Shown here: in pieces, positions 6,224 to 13,538 of the stretch
How the letters are laid out: each line of letters starts with the position of its first letter
How positions within the stretch are numbered: the first letter of the stretch is position 1
IMG/VR virus record: IMGVR_UViG_3300023256_000023
Coordinates: 1-32,910 of that record
Length of the DNA: 32,910 bases
Strand: one strand, 5' to 3'
Source: a virus
Taxonomy: Duplodnaviria > Caudoviricetes
The notes under the pieces: model-generated
Told to the model about the DNA's origin: nothing
The model's input: only the letters and a program-made list of their open reading frames with translations
Database searches by the model: none
Program-made: the position numbers and the translations under genes

Positions 6224-9105
6224 GTGGAGACATTCTTCAACAAGCTGAGTTTCCAGAGGCAGTGTTGGTCCTCGACTTCGAGACCTACTTCGACGCTGAT
6301 TATACTCTCAAGAAGATGACCACTGTAGAGTATATCGCTGATCCTCGGTTCGAGTTCACTGGCCTTGGTATCCAGGTGTTCAATCACCCTATGGAAAAGA
6401 TGGGTCGTGTGTTTGTAGATGGACTCCGCGTGCCCAAGACCATAGCTAAACTCAAAGAGACTTTTGGAAGAGGACTTCATAACTGTACAGTGGTAGCAGC
6501 TAACGTCAAGTTCGACCTCCTGATCCTGGCCCATCATTTTGACCTCTACCCACCATATACGGTGGATGTACAGGACCTTGGCAGGTATTATGATTCACGT
6601 ATGAAACAGAGCATTGAGCACCTGGCTAAAGAGTTCAAACTATCTACGGCTAAGGGTGACACCAAACAGTTTAAAGGTCTGCACTGTCATGACATGAATG
6701 AGACACAGCGGCGTGCTCTGAAAGCATACTGTCTCGATGATATAAAGATAGAAGCTGACCTGTTCCACGCCCTGTTACCTATGGTTGACAACCCGAAATT
6801 TGAATTGAAGTTGGCAGCCCACACACTGAGACTCTACACCAAACCTACCCTGGAGTTCGACTATGAACTGGCAGGTCGGCTCAAAGAGAGTATGCAGTCA
6901 TTGCTGGATGACACCCTTCGGCCTACTGGCCTGGAGGTAGGTGACTTCAGGAGACCTACTGTTCTTGTGCCAGCACTGCAAGCTCTGCTGCCAGCGGGCG
7001 AAACAGTGCCGATGAAGAAGGGCAAGAAGGGCATGATACCTGCTATGGCCAAGGATGACGAGGGCCTGAAGCTGCTATTGAAACACAAGGACAAGGGGGT
7101 TAGGGAGTTTGCTGAGGCTAAGGTGGCTGCACAGTCGTGGCCCGGCCACATTAAACGGGTCAACAGTTTAACAGTGTCGGCTCAGAAGTCAGATGGTTTA
7201 GTGAGGGTCCCCCTAAAATACTATGGATGCCACACTGGAAGATGGTCAGGTGAGGAAAAAGTGAACCTCCAAAACTTAGGCGGCACGGGTCGTGGGTCGG
7301 CCATGCACAGACTGATCGGAGAAGTTCGCGGATGCCTCCGGGCACCAGAGGGTTATTCACTCGTGGCTGTAGACGCCGCACAGATTGAGGCCCGTGCTCT
7401 TGCTTGGATTGCAGGCCAGCTTGATCTCCTATATGGGTTTGCCAAGGGCGAGGATGTATACTCCTCCTTCGCTTCCCACCTGTTTGGCAAGCCGGTGTGG
7501 AAAGTTACAGAAGAGGACTATGAGAGCAGTCTTCATAACCCAGAGGAACTGAGGGGCATCAAAATACAGAGGGGCTTCGGAAAGGATGCGATTTTGGGCT
7601 GCGTAGCAGAGGGAACGTCCATCTTAACAGATTCAGGACACAAACCGATACAGGACATAACAGTCAATGACAGGGTGTGGGATGGGCATAGTTTTGTACA
7701 CCACCAGGGCGTCGTGCCAAAGGGAAAGAAAAAATGTATAAACATCAACGGAACATGGCTGACACCAGAACACGAAATCTTGACCTGGGACGGGTGGACT
7801 ACAGCAGCAGAACTAAGCACGCACAACCACAGCCAGGAATGGTTTATGGAGAACTTAAGGTGGTTGAGGTCCCAAAAGGCACCTGTGGGGGGATCAAGTC
7901 CGTCAAATGTAGTTGCTCCTGTGGTAGAACATCTACTCCGTCAAGAGACAATCTTGTCTCAGGAAAATCTACACGCTGTACTGTCTGTGCTGAAAGAGCA
8001 TCCGGCAAAACTCAGAGCTATAAAACACATGTGGGGAACCCATCAAGAGCACGCCTGCTTAACAGGATTTGTGCTATCATTAGCCGATGTGAGACCAGAC
8101 CTCTTGAGAGATATGGTAAAAGAGGTATTAGAGTCTGGCCCAAATGGGTCAATGATCGAGTCGCTTTTATTGAGTATCTGGCAACGCTACCTGGATACGA
8201 CAATCCAGAACTTGAAATTGATCGGACCAATAATGACGGGGGGTATGAACCAGGAAATATCAGGTTTGCTACACGACGGGTCAATAGGCTCAATACTTGC
8301 CGGAGAAACCCCAGGATCGGGGAACAGATCAAATGTGCGTGGTGCGGGGCAATGTTCACGAGAAAAACATCAATTCAAAAGTTCTGTGGCAAACACTGCT
8401 CAGGCTGTGCTTCCCACATACGACATCCTGAACGCAGGCCGGTGGCATAGGTTTCAGACAGACGGCTTGATGTGTAGCAACTGCGGATACGGGATGGGGT
8501 CCGATAAGTTCTTCGACCGATGCTATACCAACGACGCACTGCGGCCCATGTTTGACTCAGGCCAGTACGACAAGGTCTTTATTGAGCAGTTGGTCAAGAC
8601 ATACCGTAGGAAATATGATCGCATCCCCGCGTTCTGGAAACAAGTAGAAAAGCTGTTTCGCTGGCCAATAAAATATCCAGGACAGTCCACGAGTTATGAG
8701 GTAGAAGGTAGAGAGTTACTCAAGTTTAATATGGTGGGCTCAGATTTGCAGATGACCCTGCCATCAGGCCGCGTTATGTACTACCGACACGCTTCAGTCA
8801 ACGCTGATGGTGAGATAAAATACAAGGGCGGCCCGAAGTGGTGTTATCTGTGGGGTGGGTCGATCACTGAGAACCTTATCCAGGCCCTATGCCGTGATCT
8901 CTTTGGTGGGTGGCTCTTAGAGATTGAACGCAGGGGTCATAAGGTAGTCCACCACTGCCATGATGAAACAATAACGTGTGTCCCAGACCACAGAGCAGAA
9001 GCAGTCATGGCAGACATGATTGACGTGATGACCCACGGACCCGAATGGTCTGAAGGTCTTCCATTTGCTACAGATGAGTTTATTTCAAAGGCGTATAAGA
9101 AATGA
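6220..9105 (+). CDS. Phage DNA polymerase, family A (3'-5' exonuclease + polymerase), intein-containing precursor
   Basis: ExoI LVLDFETYF, ExoIII YCLDD, HTGRWSG, motif A VDAAQIEAR, motif B RGFGKDAILG|CGYGMG split by the intein, TENLIQA, motif C HDE. About 667 aa after splicing. Confidence 0.93.
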   Translation: MSGDILQQAEFPEAVLVLDFETYFDADYTLKKMTTVEYIADPRFEFTGLGIQVFNHPMEKMGRVFVDGLRVPKTIAKLKETFGRGLHNCTVVAANVKFDLLILAHHFDLYPPYTVDVQDLGRYYDSRMKQSIEHLAKEFKLSTAKGDTKQFKGLHCHDMNETQRRALKAYCLDDIKIEADLFHALLPMVDNPKFELKLAAHTLRLYTKPTLEFDYELAGRLKESMQSLLDDTLRPTGLEVGDFRRPTVLVPALQALLPAGETVPMKKGKKGMIPAMAKDDEGLKLLLKHKDKGVREFAEAKVAAQSWPGHIKRVNSLTVSAQKSDGLVRVPLKYYGCHTGRWSGEEKVNLQNLGGTGRGSAMHRLIGEVRGCLRAPEGYSLVAVDAAQIEARALAWIAGQLDLLYGFAKGEDVYSSFASHLFGKPVWKVTEEDYESSLHNPEELRGIKIQRGFGKDAILGCVAEGTSILTDSGHKPIQDITVNDRVWDGHSFVHHQGVVPKGKKKCININGTWLTPEHEILTWDGWTTAAELSTHNHSQEWFMENLRWLRSQKAPVGGSSPSNVVAPVVEHLLRQETILSQENLHAVLSVLKEHPAKLRAIKHMWGTHQEHACLTGFVLSLADVRPDLLRDMVKEVLESGPNGSMIESLLLSIWQRYLDTTIQNLKLIGPIMTGGMNQEISGLLHDGSIGSILAGETPGSGNRSNVRGAGQCSREKHQFKSSVANTAQAVLPTYDILNAGRWHRFQTDGLMCSNCGYGMGSDKFFDRCYTNDALRPMFDSGQYDKVFIEQLVKTYRRKYDRIPAFWKQVEKLFRWPIKYPGQSTSYEVEGRELLKFNMVGSDLQMTLPSGRVMYYRHASVNADGEIKYKGGPKWCYLWGGSITENLIQALCRDLFGGWLLEIERRGHKVVHHCHDETITCVPDHRAEAVMADMIDVMTHGPEWSEGLPFATDEFISKAYKK
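7600..8481 (+). mobile_element. Intein (294 aa) inserted in PolA motif B
   Basis: Starts at C1 (CVAEGTSILTDSGHKPIQDI, block A). Block B WLTPEHEILT (TxxH), block F PTYDILNAG..HRF, ends LMCSN followed by C+1. Removal restores KDAILG-CGYGMG. Confidence 0.92.
7734..8450 (+). CDS. HNH-type homing endonuclease encoded in the -1 frame inside the intein (start uncertain: 7734, 7755, 7794 GTG or 7839)
   Basis: YGELKVV..KCSCSCG...NLVSGKSTRCTVC, then RC....YGKRGIRVWPKW...F..LEIDRTNNDGGYEPGNIRFATRRVNRLN, which is the phage HNH pattern IDRIDNxGxYxPxNxRWAT. C-terminal CAWCG...KFCGKHC Zn finger. Confidence 0.85.
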   Translation: MYKHQRNMADTRTRNLDLGRVDYSSRTKHAQPQPGMVYGELKVVEVPKGTCGGIKSVKCSCSCGRTSTPSRDNLVSGKSTRCTVCAERASGKTQSYKTHVGNPSRARLLNRICAIISRCETRPLERYGKRGIRVWPKWVNDRVAFIEYLATLPGYDNPELEIDRTNNDGGYEPGNIRFATRRVNRLNTCRRNPRIGEQIKCAWCGAMFTRKTSIQKFCGKHCSGCASHIRHPERRPVA

Positions 9106-9320
9106 GAGAGTTTGAACACTGGCAAAAACACAGGGTGGCCAAGACCCTTGGGTTTATAACTTCAGTTGGCTACTATGAGTTCGGAGAAAAAGAGGGCTGG
9201 AACGCCGCGTTGCTTAGGGTGCTTAAAATGATAAATAAAGGACGTGTTATCAGCCTCGACCACCTGAAGATGGCTTTAGAAGAAGAACTGAAGGACCAGA
9301 TAATCAGCCTGGAGTTATAA
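9102..9320 (+). CDS. Hypothetical protein
   Basis: ATGA overlap with the polymerase stop; co-directional. Confidence 0.65.
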   Translation: MREFEHWQKHRVAKTLGFITSVGYYEFGEKEGWNAALLRVLKMINKGRVISLDHLKMALEEELKDQIISLEL

Positions 9321-9323
9321 GAA

Positions 9324-9806
9324 ATGAGCAGGTCAAGGGCAGACAGACTGAATGACTGGGCGATAGCGTTTGCTGCTATTAGCAGGGGCGAACAGCCTAG
9401 GCGTAACACCCGCAAGGACGGGTCGCTACCGACACGCCCGGTAGTTTCGGTGGCTGAACTGTCTGAACACGAGGCCCAAGATGAGTGCCTGGAGTGGCTC
9501 AAGAGCCGGGACTGTATGGTTGACCGGATGAATGTGGGTGCTGGTATTCTACGCCGGGTGTCAAGCAGTGGTATTATGGGTGGTGAAGAACGCGGCTATT
9601 GCCAGTATGGGATTAAGTACGGCGGTGACCTGCTCGGCTGTTTGCCAGACGGACGGCACCTTGAAATTGAGATGAAAAAGAGTAAGGGTGGGTCGTGGAG
9701 CAAGGGGCAACAGGAACGCTGTGCTAAAGTACGCAAACACCACGGAGTCTACCTTGTTGTCCACGGACTGGAAGAACTAAAACATTATTTGAGGGGTTAC
9801 TTATGA
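9324..9806 (+). CDS. VRR-NUC domain nuclease (putative Holliday junction resolvase)
   Basis: EHEAQDECLEWL...RMNVGA...GDLLGCLPDGRHLEIEMKK..G..SKGQ...GVYLVVHGLEEL. Confidence 0.8.
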   Translation: MSRSRADRLNDWAIAFAAISRGEQPRRNTRKDGSLPTRPVVSVAELSEHEAQDECLEWLKSRDCMVDRMNVGAGILRRVSSSGIMGGEERGYCQYGIKYGGDLLGCLPDGRHLEIEMKKSKGGSWSKGQQERCAKVRKHHGVYLVVHGLEELKHYLRGYL

Positions 9807-10072
9807 ACTATAACAGGCACACAGGGGGTGTTTTTGTTCCTAAATACGAGCGGGCCAGTGCAAACCAGCACGGTGAGAGATATGCTCACAAGGGTGCGGC
9901 AGTGGTAGGTGTTGGTCGTCTCGAAGCGTCAGTAGGTTGTGCGGTAGATTTGAAACTGCTTATATTGTTGGGCGACATGCTGGATGTGCCCGTGCGTTAT
10001 GACTTCGAGACACACCCACAGGTGGCATACCTTGAGGTCGTGTCAGCCAAACGGTTAAGGGAGGCACTATGA
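9803..10072 (+). CDS. Hypothetical protein
   Basis: GAGGGG SD; ATGA overlaps at both ends. Confidence 0.65.
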   Translation: MNYNRHTGGVFVPKYERASANQHGERYAHKGAAVVGVGRLEASVGCAVDLKLLILLGDMLDVPVRYDFETHPQVAYLEVVSAKRLREAL

Positions 10073-11268
10073 TCTATCTATCAGCTTCAGCCATATCTGC
10101 GTTTAAGGCGTGCCCGTTCAGGTGGTGGGCTTACTATGGCCTGGGATGCAGGCCAGCGGCAAGCAAAGACGTGTTCAGGATCGGAACCAACTGGCATACA
10201 CTCCTTGAGTTAAGCGAGACTAAACCTGGGAGCGTATGTCCCATCTGTAAACGAAGAGAAGACTGGGAGCACATTATATGTCCTGTATGTGGTACAACAC
10301 AGAAGATGCCTGAGACAGACGCCATAGAACTGGCGGCAAACTACCTCAATTTTGTCTACGAACGCTTGCCTGTTTCAATTAGCATGGAAGAAATGCTTAG
10401 AGAACGGGCTGTTTTGTTGCACACGTTGATTGGCTATCGTTGGTTTTATAGCCAACAGGAACGATCAGAGGTTATAGGCAATGAGGTATACTTCAGGCTG
10501 CCTGTGATTGATCCCGACACTGGACGCCAGTTTCCTGGTGTCAGGTATGTAGGCAAGATTGATAAGCTCGTTCGTAAAGTAGACGGAACGCTGGCTATAA
10601 GAGAACACAAGTCTACGTCCCGTGACATAAGACCCGACTCAGAATACTGGGGCGGTCTGAACATAGACGAGCAGACAAGTCTTTATCTCTACGCGGTACG
10701 TCAGCTACAAAAAACAGGTGGCCTGAAAAAGTATGGCGTCAAGCCAAGCGACGCTCCGATCAGCAAGATAGAGTACGACGTGTGGCACAAGCCTACAATC
10801 AGGCCAAAGAAGCTATCGTTCGCCGACACTAAAACACTCATAGATACAGGCATGTATTGTAGTATGAACGTAGCGGTCGAAGTAAAAAACGACGGGTCCA
10901 TCCTAGTTAATGGCAACCCCGCCGAGGTAGAGCAGGGCAAGAAGGAAGGCGACTTTGCCATACGCGAGAATGGTGACCTGTTCGGTGCCCGGCTACGGCT
11001 GGCTATGGCTACAGACCCCAGCTCTTACTTTGCCTGCCGTGATCTGGTAAAGACTGACGCTGAACTTGCTAAGGCTGAACGACAGGCCGTGAATGTATAC
11101 AAGAACATTCGGTTCATGCTCCGCAACAATGCTATCTACAGTAACGAGCATAGCTGCAAGGCTACGTTCAAATGTGATTACATGCCTGTGTGCTATACGG
11201 GTGAGCTACTGGACGCCGACCACTGCCCACAGGGTTTTGAAATGACCTATAATAAGGAGAAAAGCTAA
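10069..11268 (+). CDS. PD-(D/E)XK (Cas4/RecB-like) exonuclease
   Basis: LSASAISAFKACP, GTNWH, EVYF...GKIDKLV...REHKS, QTSLY, and a C-terminal C..C..C cluster (SCKATFKCDYMPVC). Confidence 0.8.
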   Translation: MIYLSASAISAFKACPFRWWAYYGLGCRPAASKDVFRIGTNWHTLLELSETKPGSVCPICKRREDWEHIICPVCGTTQKMPETDAIELAANYLNFVYERLPVSISMEEMLRERAVLLHTLIGYRWFYSQQERSEVIGNEVYFRLPVIDPDTGRQFPGVRYVGKIDKLVRKVDGTLAIREHKSTSRDIRPDSEYWGGLNIDEQTSLYLYAVRQLQKTGGLKKYGVKPSDAPISKIEYDVWHKPTIRPKKLSFADTKTLIDTGMYCSMNVAVEVKNDGSILVNGNPAEVEQGKKEGDFAIRENGDLFGARLRLAMATDPSSYFACRDLVKTDAELAKAERQAVNVYKNIRFMLRNNAIYSNEHSCKATFKCDYMPVCYTGELLDADHCPQGFEMTYNKEKS

Positions 11269-12155
11269 TGGCAATTAAGCCACCTAAAGTTAATGCAAAG
11301 AAACCAGCGACTATGATGCCCGCTCCACCGCCCCCGCCCCCTGCGGCGAAGAGTGCAGCACCCAGGTCTAGCAAGACCTTCAAGGTAGAGACCTGGGACG
11401 GTGACAAGGAAGGCGAGAAGATCATGCTCTATGCCCACAGTGGTAGAGGCAAGACCACACTCTCAGCTATGGCACCTAACCCGGTGTTCATAGGCGTGGA
11501 TGACGGCGGAAGGAAGATCAAGAACGCCCTAAACGGGGAGGCCCTGAAGCACATCCCAGGCATACTAACTTACTCCGATTACCTCGCCGCTCTAGGGCAG
11601 ACTAATCTGTTCGACAAACACGACACTGTTGTGATCGACACGCTGACCAAGATTCAAGAGCTAGCCCTTGATTACATGCTTGCCACTATTCCCACTGACA
11701 GCGGTAAGCCAGCTACCCACATAGAGCAGTACGGCTGGGGCAAGGGCTACCGTAATATGGTGGATATTATGCGGCTGATGTTCCCGCCACTCGAAGAACT
11801 TGTTCGCAGGGGCAAGAACATTATAATGGTGTGCCAGTTACAACAGATCAACGAGACGAACGCTGGGGGCAACGACTTCCTTATGGACGCTCCTGATCTC
11901 TTCGACCGCAAGAACGCTTCGGTCATGCGTCAGTTTATAGCCTGGACCGACCACATATTCAAGTTGGAATATGACCAGGTCCACGCTAAAGAAAAGAAGG
12001 CGTCTAGCCGGTGTGATCGTATAGTACGAACACAAGCTGAGATACACTACTTTGCCAAGTCTCGGGGAGATACATTCCTGGACCGGCCAGTAGTGTCCTT
12101 TGAACATCCGGCTGACGATTCACTATGGCAGTTCTTATTCGGGGAGGCTAGTTAA
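11268..12155 (+). CDS. AAA_24 / Sak4-like P-loop ATPase (phage recombinase)
   Basis: Walker A-like YAHSGRGKTT, Walker B TVVIDT, YGWGKGY, AKSR. Located between the exonuclease and SSB-like genes. Confidence 0.8.
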   Translation: MAIKPPKVNAKKPATMMPAPPPPPPAAKSAAPRSSKTFKVETWDGDKEGEKIMLYAHSGRGKTTLSAMAPNPVFIGVDDGGRKIKNALNGEALKHIPGILTYSDYLAALGQTNLFDKHDTVVIDTLTKIQELALDYMLATIPTDSGKPATHIEQYGWGKGYRNMVDIMRLMFPPLEELVRRGKNIIMVCQLQQINETNAGGNDFLMDAPDLFDRKNASVMRQFIAWTDHIFKLEYDQVHAKEKKASSRCDRIVRTQAEIHYFAKSRGDTFLDRPVVSFEHPADDSLWQFLFGEAS

Positions 12156-12350
12156 ATGGCAGTTGATGACGCCTATGGCGAGGAAAACCAGGAGCTCTGC
12201 CGCCTCCAGGAGGAAAACAAATGGCTTAGAAGGCGTATTAGTGCGTTGGATAAGCTGTTAGTGGCGTATAGGTGTGTGTCAAGCCCATCATCAAAATTGT
12301 TTGACGAATTAGAACTAACAAGAAAGCACCTTCCTAAGGAGATTAGTTAA
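12156..12350 (+). CDS. Small coiled-coil hypothetical protein
   Basis: GGAGG SD; LQEENKWLRRRISALDKLL. Confidence 0.65.
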   Translation: MAVDDAYGEENQELCRLQEENKWLRRRISALDKLLVAYRCVSSPSSKLFDELELTRKHLPKEIS

Positions 12351-12643
12351 TGGGGGCGACAATTATAGGTGGACAGAAAGTGCCACGTAACGAACTGTGT
12401 CCGTGTAACAGTGGCTTGAAGTTCAAGCGATGCCACGGTGACGAGAAGAAGCGTAGCATCGCAACGAGGGTCGCAAACCAGGTAATGATGCACCTTATTA
12501 TGGAGGAAAAGCACAAGAAGAAAATGATAACAGATGAACAGCGGGAAGCCTACATGGGTGAACCTCTGGGCGAGAAGATAGACTACATGGTGGGCACATC
12601 AAAGAAATCGGACAATATAACTATTACAGGAGAATCAGTATGA
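12350..12643 (+). CDS. SEC-C metal-binding motif protein
   Basis: KVPRNELCPCNSGLKFKRCHG matches the SEC-C consensus RNxPCPCGSGKKYKxCHG. Confidence 0.85.
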   Translation: MGATIIGGQKVPRNELCPCNSGLKFKRCHGDEKKRSIATRVANQVMMHLIMEEKHKKKMITDEQREAYMGEPLGEKIDYMVGTSKKSDNITITGESV

Positions 12644-13485
12644 GCAGTAGAATAGATCGCGTAGGTACGTTTAGGGCACAGGCCGTGGATTGGGCCTTAG
12701 CTAAAACCAAGAATGGGTTCCCACAGCTTGCCGTGGTTTGTAAACTCGTAGAGTTCTACGACGAGCAGGACGGAGAATGGGTCGATTGGAGCCAGTATGA
12801 TATGCAGGAGACCGCGTACTTCTGCCTGTTTGGAACGAACAAGAAGACTAAGGAACTTGAGCCTACACTCAGTTGTGAGCAGGTGATGGGGGTGTTTGAT
12901 TGGTCTGGTGAATCGTTTGCCGACCTAGCTGTGTACGACCCTGGTGATCTCGTATTCCAGGTTCGCTCAGGTGTCAACACCTACGAAGCTGCCAAACATC
13001 CGTTCCAGATAGAGTGGCTTGATGAGGCCGACGCTGACCCCACCAGATCACTGAAGAAGTTGGACGCTGAGGGTGTCAAGGCCCTTGATAACGAGTTTGC
13101 GTCACTGCTATCTGGTATAAAGAAACCGAAGGCTGCTGCTTCAGCTAAGAAACCCAAGCCCAAAGCGGCTTCAGCCAAGAAACCGAAGGCTGCTGCTTCA
13201 GCCCCGGCACAGGGAGACAAAAAACTCGCTCCGCCCCCGCCTCCGCCGTCCGACCACCCCGAACCAGCCGTATCTGACGCTGACCCAGTGGGTGCATGTA
13301 CCAAACAGGAAGCCTGGGAAGCCTGTTGTGAATTGGCCGACCCAGATTGTACGGATGACCAGCGGGTTAATGCGTGGCAGGCTGCAATAGGAGACGTAGC
13401 TGACGGCGTAGAGCAGACCGAGATCACGGACGAACAGTGGTATGAAATAAAGTCGAAAGTCCTTGACGAAATTGGTGCCGTGTAA
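12640..13485 (+). CDS. Putative single-stranded DNA-binding protein (DUF669-like)
   Basis: Follows the Sak4-like gene. Beta-rich N-terminus (GTFRAQAVDW..TKNGFPQL), Lys/Ala/Pro linker and acidic C-terminus. The assignment is mostly positional. Confidence 0.55.
   Translation: MSSRIDRVGTFRAQAVDWALAKTKNGFPQLAVVCKLVEFYDEQDGEWVDWSQYDMQETAYFCLFGTNKKTKELEPTLSCEQVMGVFDWSGESFADLAVYDPGDLVFQVRSGVNTYEAAKHPFQIEWLDEADADPTRSLKKLDAEGVKALDNEFASLLSGIKKPKAAASAKKPKPKAASAKKPKAAASAPAQGDKKLAPPPPPPSDHPEPAVSDADPVGACTKQEAWEACCELADPDCTDDQRVNAWQAAIGDVADGVEQTEITDEQWYEIKSKVLDEIGAV
13120..13202 (+). repeat. 26-nt direct repeat encoding KKPKAAASA units
   Basis: AAGAAACCGAAGGCTGCTGCTTCAGC at 13120-13145 and 13177-13202, with a degenerate unit between them. 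Confidence 0.85.
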
Positions 13486-13538
13486 GTATCCCAACCAGAA
13501 CAGGGCCAGGGAGGGCCCCGTTGGATAAGGAATAACAC

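Noticed and set aside
8018-8359. Third (minus-strand) ORF within the intein
   Set aside because: It has no motifs and is explained as a shadow of the doubly constrained region.
7600-8481. Group I intron as the explanation for the polymerase insertion
   Set aside because: The insertion is an exact multiple of three, has no stop in the polymerase frame, and has protein-splicing motifs at both ends. RNA splicing is not needed to explain it.
10069-11268. Cas4 as part of a CRISPR-Cas locus
   Set aside because: There are no cas1/cas2 genes or array. The exonuclease-Sak4-SSB context is a standard phage recombination module.
13486-13530. Possible terminator between the SSB-like and primase genes
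   Set aside because: Only a short interrupted stem (GGGCC/GGCCC, CCAAC/GTTGG) with no U-tract; too weak to call.
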